Positions 8,459 to 17,176 of a stretch of DNA of 64,000 nucleotides are shown piece by piece. Position numbers and translations under genes: made by a program. How positions within the stretch are numbered: position 1 is the stretch's first letter; each line of letters starts with the position of its first letter. The DNA comes from an uncultured cyanobacterium (lineage in GTDB: Bacteria; Cyanobacteriota; Cyanobacteriia; PCC-9006; JAAUQQ01), in NCBI GenBank assembly GCA_963718615.1, contig OY970368.1, positions 2,112,001 to 2,176,000 on the forward strand, in the 5' to 3' direction. The notes under the pieces were generated by a model that was given only the letters and a program-made list of their open reading frames with translations, had not been told where the DNA came from and searched no databases.

Positions 8459-10990
8459 ATGAGAGTCAGTGTGATTATTCCTGCTTATAACTGCGGTTTG
8501 TATTTGTCTGAGGCGATCGCTAGCGTTTTATCTCAAACCTATAAAAACTACGAGATTATTGTTGTTAATGATGGGTCAACCGATGACACAGCAAAGATCT
8601 TAGCCAGTTATCAAGATCAAATCCAAGCAAAATCCATTGCATTTCAGGTTATTTCTCAGTCAAATCAAGGCGTTGCCGCAGCTCGTAACCGTGGATTGCA
8701 AGCGGCAACGGGAGAGTTGATTGCCTTCTTAGATGCAGATGATTGCTTTTGGCCGGAGAAGCTGACTCGGCAAGTGGCTTGTTTTGAAGCATTGCCGGGT
8801 CTAGGAATTGTGATTTCCGGTTGGCAGTTAGTTGATCAAAGCGGTCAAGAAATCTCTAATGTTGAACCTTGGCAAGCGGCTCCAAGGCTGAATCTAGAAG
8901 CTGCTATTTTTCAGAAACCGGCTCGGCCTAGTGCAACGATGGTGCGGCGAGATTGGTGCGAGCGGATTGGCGGCTTTGATGGCAGGCTGAGAAGTGCGGA
9001 GGATTTGGATTTTTTATTGCGCCTATTGGCGGCGGGTTGTGAGGCGGATTGGTTGCCGGCGGTTTTGGCGAGCTATCGTCAGCGATCAGATAGTTTGATG
9101 GCCCAGGGAAAGGGGTTGATCGATGATACAGAGCAGGTGATGGAGGGCTTTTTTTCCCGAGCAGATTTACCATCTGAAATCTTGACGCTGAAGCAATGGG
9201 AGCGTTATCAGTCTTGGGTTTGGCTAGGGGCGCGGATGTATTATGACGGTCACATCGGTGAGATGGAAACTTGTTTGAGGCGATCGCGTCGCTACACCAC
9301 AAATTCCAGTTTCCAAATCCTCCAGGATTGGTTTCAAGCCATGCGAGGCTATGCGATGGAATATGGCTATGGGTTTGATGCCTATGCTTTGACGAGTTCG
9401 GAGGTTTGGCAGAAGCTGACGCGATCGCTTCTCCCTGCTAGCAATAAGCCATTACCTAGAAAGCAAAAACCATGGTCGAGCGGTGACGAGAATCAATCTC
9501 AGCACATTGTTCTCTATAGCGACGATCCGGGGGCGGGGGGGATTTTGCAATGCAATCATGCGATCGCCTGTCATCTTGCCCAGGCTGGATATCAGGTGAG
9601 CCATATTCATTCTCTACAAGACACGCCGCTCAATGCCAAAGAACTGGAGTTAGGCATTAAACAAGTTGATTTGGGCTACCATGCGGGTGCGGATCTGACC
9701 CGAACCATGAAGGATCTAGAGGGTAGCAAACAGCATCTGTTGGAGATTCAACCGGATCTCGTCATTTTTAGTGATGGCTGGCCCTTCTCGAATTTTGCTG
9801 CCAAGCAAGCGGCGATTGATCTGGAAATTCCCTATCTGATTGTTCTAGGATTTATTGAACCGTCCTGTGGCAGCTATGACTATCAAGATGGGGTAGATTA
9901 TCGCAATTTGGTGGCATTACATTATACCCAGGCTCGTGCAGTGGTGTCGGTGTCTGAGGAAAATCTCTTGCTGCTGAGACAACTCTTTGAGCTACCGGAG
10001 TCTGTGGGGCAGGTGATTTATAATGGTCGGCCTGAGGTCTTTTTTGCGGAACCCGATCCCCAAGGACGGGAGGCGTTGCGGCGGTCTTTGGACATTCCGT
10101 CCGAGGCGATAGTTTGTTTTACATCGGCTCGGCTGGAGGCGGTTAAGGGGTATAAGTATCAGATCGAGGCCATCCGTCAATTGAAGACGAAGCCGATCTG
10201 GAAAAATTTGTATTTTCTTTGGGCTGGCATAGGACAAGAGGTTTTGCCCCAGAGTAATGAGCTAGAGTTGCGGGCTGCGGTGGAGTCGCTGGGGGTGGGG
10301 AATCAGGTTCAGTTTTTGGGGCAGCGGTGGGATATTCCGGAGCTACTGGATGCAAGTGATATTTTCGTATTGACTTCGGAGGCGGAGGGGATGCCCCTGT
10401 CGGTGATGGAGGCAATGGCAAAGGGCTTGCCAGTGGTGGCTTCGGCGGTGAGTGGGGTGCCGGAGGAACTAGGTGATACGGGGCAGCTTTTGCCGGATCC
10501 GAATCGGCAGCCGGAGGAGACGGTCAAGGTGCTGGTGCAGACGATTGAGCGGTGGGCCAATTCGGCTTCGTTACGGCAGGTTCTGGGGCAGGAGTGTCAA
10601 CAGCGGGCTCGGCAATTATTTCGCGAAACTGAGATGGTCAAGCGTTATGGTGAGGTGGTATCCAGTTGTCTAGAGAACCTTGGGACATGCAATGAGTCTC
10701 TAGCCCCTCTAGAGCGATTAAGCCTTCAGCAAATAAAGGAAATTCAGCGGCAGTTTCGCTATACGGCCTGGGTCTGGCGGGGATGGTTTTGCTATCAGCA
10801 AGGGGATGGAGAAGGAATGGAAGCGGCATTGGAGGAGGCGTTGCGGTGGCGTGGCTGGGGACAGGGTTGGCCAGGGTTGGCGTGGGGGCGATGGTTTGCG
10901 CGGTTTTGTGAGGAGAGGGAGGTGGCATTTGAGGGGGTAGGGTTGGCGCGATCGCTTCACAGGGTTTCGTCGGCATTGTTAGCAAGGTAG
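8459..10990 (+). CDS. Bifunctional glycosyltransferase (GT2 N-terminal, GT4 C-terminal)
   Basis: VSVIIPAYN, VNDGSTD, AFLDADD; DIFVLTSEAEGMPLSVMEAMAKGLPVVAS. Confidence 0.9.
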   Translation: MRVSVIIPAYNCGLYLSEAIASVLSQTYKNYEIIVVNDGSTDDTAKILASYQDQIQAKSIAFQVISQSNQGVAAARNRGLQAATGELIAFLDADDCFWPEKLTRQVACFEALPGLGIVISGWQLVDQSGQEISNVEPWQAAPRLNLEAAIFQKPARPSATMVRRDWCERIGGFDGRLRSAEDLDFLLRLLAAGCEADWLPAVLASYRQRSDSLMAQGKGLIDDTEQVMEGFFSRADLPSEILTLKQWERYQSWVWLGARMYYDGHIGEMETCLRRSRRYTTNSSFQILQDWFQAMRGYAMEYGYGFDAYALTSSEVWQKLTRSLLPASNKPLPRKQKPWSSGDENQSQHIVLYSDDPGAGGILQCNHAIACHLAQAGYQVSHIHSLQDTPLNAKELELGIKQVDLGYHAGADLTRTMKDLEGSKQHLLEIQPDLVIFSDGWPFSNFAAKQAAIDLEIPYLIVLGFIEPSCGSYDYQDGVDYRNLVALHYTQARAVVSVSEENLLLLRQLFELPESVGQVIYNGRPEVFFAEPDPQGREALRRSLDIPSEAIVCFTSARLEAVKGYKYQIEAIRQLKTKPIWKNLYFLWAGIGQEVLPQSNELELRAAVESLGVGNQVQFLGQRWDIPELLDASDIFVLTSEAEGMPLSVMEAMAKGLPVVASAVSGVPEELGDTGQLLPDPNRQPEETVKVLVQTIERWANSASLRQVLGQECQQRARQLFRETEMVKRYGEVVSSCLENLGTCNESLAPLERLSLQQIKEIQRQFRYTAWVWRGWFCYQQGDGEGMEAALEEALRWRGWGQGWPGLAWGRWFARFCEEREVAFEGVGLARSLHRVSSALLAR

Positions 10991-11009
10991 TCGGTGCTAG
11001 GATCTATGC

Positions 11010-12170
11010 ATGTTTGACACGGTTTGCAAATTTCTGATTGAAACTTTTCCGACGGATTTTGCGAGTTGGCTGCTGGGTGAACCGGTAGAGCTGACTGAGC
11101 TGAGTCCGTCTGAGCTTTCGCTGGAGCCGATTCGGGCGGATGCGTTGCTGCTGATGCAATCGGCGGAGACGATTTTGCATGTCGAGTTTCAGTCTCGACC
11201 GGATGCAGCGATTCCATTCCGGATGGCGGACTATCGTCTACGAGTGTATCGTCGGTTTCCAAGCAAGGCCATGCGGCAGGTGGTGATTTATCTCAAGCAG
11301 ACAGAGTCGGAATGGGTGTATGAAACGGTGTTTGAGATCCCGAGGACTCGTCATGAATTTGATGTCATTCGTCTCTGGGAGCAGCCGGTAGAGCAGTTTC
11401 TCTCGGAGCCGGGGCTGCTGCCGTTTGCGGCTTTGGCCAAGACCGATGACCGTGAGGCGGTTTTGCGGGAGGTGGCAAGGCGGATTGAGCAGATTTCTGA
11501 CCGTCGGATTGAAAGTCATGTGGCGGCCTGTACGGGGGTTTTGGCTGGGCTATCATTGGATGAGGCGTTGGTTCAGCGAATTTTGAGGATGGAGATCATG
11601 CAGGATTCGTCAGTTTATCAAGCAATTAAAGCGGAAGGCCGACGGGAAGCCCAAAGAGAGGCGCAGGAGCGCGAGGCGTTGCTTCAGCGGGAGGCCCAGG
11701 AGCGCGAGGTATTGCTTCAGCGGGAGGCTCAGGAGCGCGAGGTATTGCTTCGGAGGGAGGCTCAGGAGCGCGAGGCTCAGCTATTGCTCCGGTTGCTGAA
11801 TCGGCGGGTTGGATCGTTGCCGGAGGCGTTGCAGCGGCAGGTAATGGGGTTGTCGGTGGGGCAGTTGGAGGATTTGGGTGAGGCGTTGTTGGATTTTTCG
11901 GGGGTCGCGGATTTGGAGGGGTGGTTGCTAGGGTTACGGCAACGAATTGAGGAGGTTTTGGATCAGTTGAATAGGCAAGTGGGTGTGGTTTTGCGGGTGG
12001 TGGAACCGGAGTTGGCGGGGCGGGTGATGGGGTTGTCTTGGATGCAGTTGGATGAGTTGGAGGGTGTCGCTGCTGAGAATCCAGGCGAGCAGATGGGCTT
12101 TAAGACCGTGGCTGATGTGAAGAGTTGGTTGGAGCGGATGGAGGGCGATCGCGCCTTGGGATTAGCCTAA
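11010..12170 (+). CDS. Rpn family nuclease/putative transposase with DUF4351 C-terminus
   Basis: MFDTVCKFL, EPIRAD, LHVEFQ, PFRMADY, MQDSSVYQ, QLEDLGEALLDFS. Confidence 0.85.
   Translation: MFDTVCKFLIETFPTDFASWLLGEPVELTELSPSELSLEPIRADALLLMQSAETILHVEFQSRPDAAIPFRMADYRLRVYRRFPSKAMRQVVIYLKQTESEWVYETVFEIPRTRHEFDVIRLWEQPVEQFLSEPGLLPFAALAKTDDREAVLREVARRIEQISDRRIESHVAACTGVLAGLSLDEALVQRILRMEIMQDSSVYQAIKAEGRREAQREAQEREALLQREAQEREVLLQREAQEREVLLRREAQEREAQLLLRLLNRRVGSLPEALQRQVMGLSVGQLEDLGEALLDFSGVADLEGWLLGLRQRIEEVLDQLNRQVGVVLRVVEPELAGRVMGLSWMQLDELEGVAAENPGEQMGFKTVADVKSWLERMEGDRALGLA
11658..11775 (+). repeat. 33-nt tandem repeat x~3.5 encoding EAQEREVLLQR
   Basis: Read directly. Confidence 0.85.
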
Positions 12171-12183
12171 ATACGTAATATTT

Positions 12184-12600
12184 ATGCCAGCAAAAGATAT
12201 CTACCATTACGCCGTAAAATGCGCTCTAATCAAGGATGGCTGGAGCATTTTGTCTGAAGATTATGTACTCGCCTATGGAGGTGATCGAGTCTATGCCGAC
12301 ATTGCCGCAGAGAAGGCGATCGCGGCAGAAAGACAAAATCAGCAAATCATTGTTGAAGTGAAGAGCTTTATTGGTCGTTCTTTTGTGCATGAACTCGAAG
12401 GGGCTGTAGGTCAGTATGTTGTTTATCGAGACATTCTCGAAGAAACAAGTTCTGCATTTGAACTTTATTTAGCCGTAACGAAAGGAGTTTGGAATAGCGT
12501 TTTTCAGAGAAAGCTACCACAAATGCTGATTCGTCGTAATCGAGTCAAGCTGATTATTGTTGATTCAGATAGCGAGGTAATTGATCAATGGATAACTTAG
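12184..12600 (+). CDS. xisH: XisH family protein
   Basis: MPAKDIYH.AVK.ALIKDGW, D.AAEK.IAAE, VEVKSF, AVGQY..YR. Confidence 0.9.
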   Translation: MPAKDIYHYAVKCALIKDGWSILSEDYVLAYGGDRVYADIAAEKAIAAERQNQQIIVEVKSFIGRSFVHELEGAVGQYVVYRDILEETSSAFELYLAVTKGVWNSVFQRKLPQMLIRRNRVKLIIVDSDSEVIDQWIT

Positions 12601-12929
12601 AGCGATACCGAGAAGTCATTAAGATGATTATCGGTGAATATCATCGGTTAAATTTGAGTTTACCTGATTCTGCGGTTGAGAGTGTTTGTGTTTTTGATGA
12701 GATTCATGATCATTATCTATTGATTTTGATGGGTTGGGAGGGAAGTGAGCGGGTGAAGAGTGTCATGATTCATGTGCGGTTGCACAATGGTAAGTTTTGG
12801 ATTGAGGAGGATTGGACGGAGGATGGGATTGCGACGGATTTGTTGCGGGCTGGGGTGAGCGCTGAGAAGATTGTGTTGGCGTTTCATCCACCGCAGCTAA
12901 GGCAGTATACGGAGTTTGCGATCGCTTAA
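12588..12929 (+). CDS. xisI: XisI family protein
   Basis: MD.LE.YR, D..HDHYL, GK.WIEEDWTEDGIATDL..AGV....IVLAFHPP..R.YTEFAIA. Confidence 0.9.
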   Translation: MDNLERYREVIKMIIGEYHRLNLSLPDSAVESVCVFDEIHDHYLLILMGWEGSERVKSVMIHVRLHNGKFWIEEDWTEDGIATDLLRAGVSAEKIVLAFHPPQLRQYTEFAIA

Positions 12930-13019
12930 GCAATTGAAGAAAAGCAGGGCGGAGGCGGCAGTCCTACTCAAACGCTAAAATGGAAAAATATTGTTGGGTG
13001 ATTGGCTCGGAGAATTGCT

Positions 13020-13799
13020 ATGGTTCAGCTTCCGTCCCGCAGGTTTGCGACAGAACCCAGTCTTGAGAAGGCTCCGAGTACAGAGCCTGGAGCTGAGCGG
13101 TCTGATTCTAGGCTGGTGCAGCAGGAACCGGAGTGGGATATTCTGGGGGAGGAGTGGCTGAGTGATGAACCGGAGTTGGAGTCTGATTTTCACCGGGAAC
13201 AGATTACGTTGTTGTTGCGGTTGATGCAGTGGTATTGGCGCGACCGCAATGATATTTATTGCTCTGGCAACACAACGGTTTATTACGATGAATCGCAGCG
13301 AACAAACCGGAACTTTAAGGGGCCGGATGTGTTTGTTGTGTTGGGGGTAGACCCGAGATTACGCAGCAGTTGGATGACCTGGCGTGAGGGGGGTCGATAT
13401 CCGAATGTGGTGATTGAGCTGTTGTCGGATTCGACAGCGAAGGTGGATCGCACGGAGAAGAAGGCACTGTATCAGAATGTGTGGCGATTGCCTGAGTATT
13501 TCTGGTTTCACCCGCGTACGCTAGAGTTTAAGGGGTTTAGGTTGGTGGATGGGCGGTATCAAGAACTTCAGTTGGATGAGCGGGGATGTTTGTGGAGCCA
13601 GGAGTTGGGTTTGTTGTTGGGGCTGGATGGGGAAAGGCTACGGTTGTTTACGGGGGAGGGGGAGTTAATCGAATTAGAGGAGGAGGAGGAGCGGCGGCAA
13701 AAGGAGGAGGAGCGGCAGCGGGCGGAGCGGGCGGAGGAGCGGGCGGAGCGGCTGGAGCGGCGGTTGCGGGAGTTGGGAATTAATTTAGAGGATGGGTGA
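13020..13799 (+). CDS. Uma2 family endonuclease (paralog of 407-1132)
   Basis: Same motifs; ATG at 13020 matches the paralog start MVQLPS; TAAAAT at 12976-12981. Confidence 0.9.
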   Translation: MVQLPSRRFATEPSLEKAPSTEPGAERSDSRLVQQEPEWDILGEEWLSDEPELESDFHREQITLLLRLMQWYWRDRNDIYCSGNTTVYYDESQRTNRNFKGPDVFVVLGVDPRLRSSWMTWREGGRYPNVVIELLSDSTAKVDRTEKKALYQNVWRLPEYFWFHPRTLEFKGFRLVDGRYQELQLDERGCLWSQELGLLLGLDGERLRLFTGEGELIELEEEEERRQKEEERQRAERAEERAERLERRLRELGINLEDG

Positions 13800-15685
13800 G
13801 AATTTATGCTTCGGCAACTGTTGAGGGAAACTACTGGATTTTTGCGGCAATCCAGCTGAGGAGAAGAAGTGTGGAGATAATTAACGTGAGGATAATCGCA
13901 AGAAACTTAAGTCCTGTGGTTCAGAGGGCGATGATTCCGGCGGTGTAGAGGAGGAAGCAGAGGGCGATGGTTAGGTTTTTGCTGGTTTTTGTTTGAATGT
14001 TTGGCTGTAGTCTCGGTCTGTCATAAATTGAGCCAGTTTTTTTCTTTCGGCGGATCTTGGAGGATCTTGATTTTGCAATGCCATTTGGTAGGAGGCGATC
14101 GCCAGTGAGACCAAGCAAGCTCTGGATTGAGGCAGATCATGGGGTTAAGTGCGATCGTTGGCAGGTCTTATCAGCCCGAATGGGAGCGCAGCCAGCCCTC
14201 CACCTGCGACATCTCACTGATTAGGGCCGGATCCAAAACAACCAGCGCCTCTAAAGCACAATCATTCAGCTTCATTTGCAACGGCTCTGGCAACGGTCCT
14301 AGCTGCTGATTTAACTTGCTCTGGAGACGCGCTAAGACCAATCCAATGAGCTGAGATTCGAGGTCGGCAAGGGTTTCCAGGTCAAAAATTGATAGGGTAA
14401 GGGCCTCAAGCTGGTCTGAAGAAAGAGAGGCGATCGCCCTTTCGCAGACCTCCGGTAACGAGCCAAATTTCTGAGTAAGTAGCCGTGTGGCCAAGATTTG
14501 CTCAGCCTCTCGACGACCTTCCTCACGACCTTCCTCGCGGCCTTCCTCGCGGCCTGCTTTTAGGCCACGCTCGAAGCCGATTTCTTCAACGCTGGTTACG
14601 TAGGGCATTCGTCGTTCCTCTTCGTAGGCTTTTAACTCTGTCCAAAACTGGGTTGTCAGACTTTTGGGTAAAATCATTACCCAATCAATAAAGCGAAACA
14701 GGTTGATAATTTCATTTCGATTATACCCCTGCTCATAGAGTCGCCGGATAAGTTGGAGTTTCCAGGCTTTACGGCTTTGAGCGTCTTTTTTGGTCTCTTG
14801 GGCCTTGAGATGGGCCATGACGACGACGGCAAAGGGATTCCGGCTGGCTTCCAGCTCGGCCCAGTGCTCTCGATAGTCCAACAGCTTGACGATGCCAAAG
14901 CGGAACGAGAGCGCTGTATCGGGGTAGTCGAAGCTGTATTGTGTGGGTCTCCATTTGCTGTTGCTGTCGCACAAAATCGCGAGGCTAGTTGCGGGGTGGC
15001 GAAAGCGATCGAAGATTCTCAAGTTGTACAAAAACATGCGCTCTTGAAACTGGGCTTCGCGGGTTGACTGGATCTCGGTGTGGATCAGCAGCCACAGTTC
15101 TTTGCCCCGTTTGCGTTGGACTTTGACCAGTTGGTCGGCGAAGCGCTTGCCTGTTTCGCTTTCGGGCGCGATTTGCTGGAATTCTTGGTCCAGAAATTCG
15201 GGGGGATGTTGCCAATCGATCAGTTTGGCGGTGTTGGGAAAAAAGAATTCGATCGCTTCTTGAAAATAGGTACGCAGCACAAACTTCCAAGGGCCATCTT
15301 GGGGATCGGACTGAACCATTGCTCTCTGTCCCTGAGTAACAGTTCGATTGTACTTCTTTTGGGGTACTCGCCAGTCTATTGAGGCGTGGCGTTTCTAGCT
15401 GTGCGTTCGGAATTAGCTAAGATAAAAGCTAGGAGAATGTGCTTTCTGCGTGGATCTGCGTAGGCTTTTTGTTTGAAGATGGAATAAAGATACGGATGGA
15501 GGGGGTGAGTGATGGAGTAATGGTGTGATGGGGTCGTCACCCAATCACCCAATCACCCTGATACTCAACGACCCATGACCCAGACCCCTGAAAGACAACT
15601 GAAGACTGCTGAGGCGCGGCTGGCGGAGGCTTTGGCGTTGCGGGAGGCTGGGGATTTGGTGGGGGCGGTGGGGCGGTTGCGGGGG
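13127..15685. repeat. Segmental duplication of ~481-3050 (Uma2 - remnant - Rpn - leader repeat)
   Basis: Colinear high identity with scattered SNPs and small indels. Confidence 0.95.
14171..15319 (-). CDS. Rpn-like nuclease/putative transposase (paralog of 1504-2688)
   Basis: Near-identical protein with three fewer GREE units. Confidence 0.8.
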   Translation of the reverse strand: MVQSDPQDGPWKFVLRTYFQEAIEFFFPNTAKLIDWQHPPEFLDQEFQQIAPESETGKRFADQLVKVQRKRGKELWLLIHTEIQSTREAQFQERMFLYNLRIFDRFRHPATSLAILCDSNSKWRPTQYSFDYPDTALSFRFGIVKLLDYREHWAELEASRNPFAVVVMAHLKAQETKKDAQSRKAWKLQLIRRLYEQGYNRNEIINLFRFIDWVMILPKSLTTQFWTELKAYEEERRMPYVTSVEEIGFERGLKAGREEGREEGREEGRREAEQILATRLLTQKFGSLPEVCERAIASLSSDQLEALTLSIFDLETLADLESQLIGLVLARLQSKLNQQLGPLPEPLQMKLNDCALEALVVLDPALISEMSQVEGWLRSHSG

Positions 15686-15793
15686 ATCCTGGCTGAGGAG
15701 GCTGGGTTTGTGCGGGGGTGGATGGAGTTGGGGAGGGGGAGGTTGCGACGGTTGGGGGGAGTGGGAATTGCTCCAGATAAGAAGTTTATTTAA
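15446..15793 (+). repeat. Dispersed leader repeat, copy 4 (with a 72-aa truncated TPR-gene fragment at 15575-15793)
   Basis: MTQTPERQLKTAEARLAEALALREAGDLVGAVGRLR...GFVRGWMELGR, then divergence and stop. Confidence 0.95.
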
Positions 15794-16158
15794 GCAGAGA
15801 GTACTTGATTTTCAGATACGGACTGAGACATTTGAAGTACTTTTTTAAGCCAATTCCCGATTTGGGTGATGAATTCCTGATTGCGAGAATTGTCGGTCAA
15901 GCAATGATTAAGAGTCAGTTGCCAGCGGGCGAGTTGAACCTGCAATTCAACTAACTCAGCCGTAGTTTCAACGTCAAACTCACAGGCAGTCCACTCAATC
16001 AGGTATTTACTTTCATAGAGGATGTTATCTATAAGAATGGAAGCTGCCGCTTCTTTGGCGAGAGTTCGAAGTCGGGCAAGATTCATGGCGAGATAGCCCA
16101 GTCGTTGCTCTGGGGGTTGAGCTAAATAGCAGGCTTTTATTTCTGACAAATCTCTCAT
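15790..16158 (-). CDS. Hypothetical helical protein coupled to the DUF5674 gene
   Basis: 122-aa ORF with a 4-nt start/stop overlap with the DUF5674 gene; RLGYLA.NLAR, ES.Y.IEWTA, ELVELQ.QLARWQ. Confidence 0.75.
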   Translation of the reverse strand: MRDLSEIKACYLAQPPEQRLGYLAMNLARLRTLAKEAAASILIDNILYESKYLIEWTACEFDVETTAELVELQVQLARWQLTLNHCLTDNSRNQEFITQIGNWLKKVLQMSQSVSENQVLSA

Positions 16159-16490
16159 TGTTCTCCTAGTTTATCTTCTAAGATTTTCTTGACTTTTTCG
16201 CGAATGATTGGATCAGAGATTTGCATTTCGCGATTGTTTTGACGGGGTTTAATATTAATCAGCGATTCGTAAGCGACTTCTTGCTTAAATGGGATCCAGT
16301 CTGCTCCCCAAATGTCCTTTTGCGAGCTGCCATCTTCAAGGAGCATGGCCTCACAGTCCGCATGGAGTTGTCCACCACCTGCTAAAATTCTTCTCTCGGT
16401 ATCTACAGCGGTTTTGATATATACACCAAGGGCTTCCAGCATCTCTACTTGCTGCTCTGGTGTTGCGTGATCTCGGATGATGTGGATCAA
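16155..16490 (-). CDS. DUF5674 family protein
   Basis: IK.AVD.ER.ILAGGG.LHADCE..LLEDGS.Q.DIWGADW...ESLINI.PRQNN. Confidence 0.8.
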   Translation of the reverse strand: MIHIIRDHATPEQQVEMLEALGVYIKTAVDTERRILAGGGQLHADCEAMLLEDGSSQKDIWGADWIPFKQEVAYESLINIKPRQNNREMQISDPIIREKVKKILEDKLGEQ

Positions 16491-16772
16491 AGCTTGGATT
16501 AGCTGATTTTAACCGATCTTAGCAGCTTCTTTGAAGGTGTGCGAGTGGTGATGTGTAAGAAATGGTTTGGGTCATGAAGTAATGATTGTGAGCTGAGTGT
16601 GGATGGGGCTTGAGATTGGGGGTCGGTTTGGCCGAAGGAGGTCTACTGAATTTTGCTGGTGTGGTAGTTGAGGAGAAGGGTGCTAATGATGAGGATGGCG
16701 AGAAGCTGGAGTTCTGGGGGCCAGAGGGTGATGATTCTGGTGGTGTAGAGAGCGCTGGGGGGTGTTGGGTGG

Positions 16773-17176
16773 CTGCGTGGATCTGCGTAAGCTTTTTGTT
16801 TGAAGATGGAATAAAGATACGGATGGAGTGGGTGAGTGATGGAGTAATGGTGTGATGGGGTCGTCACCCAATCACCCTGTCACCCAATCACCCTGATACT
16901 CAACGACCCATGACCCAGACCCCTGAAAGACAACTGAAGACTGCTGAGGCGCGGCTGGCGGCGGCTTTGGCGTTGCGGGAGGCTGGGGATTTGGTAGGGG
17001 CGGTGGGGCTGTTGCGGGAGCTGCTGGGGGAGGAGAGTGGGTTTGTGCGGGGGTGGATAGAGTTGGGGCGAACGTTGCGGCGGTTGGGGGAGCGAGAGGC
17101 GGCGTTGGAGGCGTTTGGGGAGGCTGAGCGGTTGGAGCCGAAGCATTTGCAGAGTCGGATTGAGGGGGCGATCGAG
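16773..17176 (+). repeat. Dispersed leader repeat, copy 5 (leads into the full-length gene at 16910)
   Basis: Near-identical to 5010-5410. Confidence 0.95.

Noticed and set aside
12184-12929. fdxN excision element implied by xisH/xisI
   Set aside because: No XisF-type serine recombinase or interrupted nif/fdxN gene; stand-alone xisHI pairs are common in cyanobacteria
2815-17176. Classical integron attC array
   Set aside because: No tyrosine recombinase in the window, no clear RYYYAAC/GTTRRRY ends, and the repeat includes coding sequence
1-17176. Diversity-generating retroelement TR/VR pair
   Set aside because: No reverse transcriptase seen, and differences between copies are not adenine-specific
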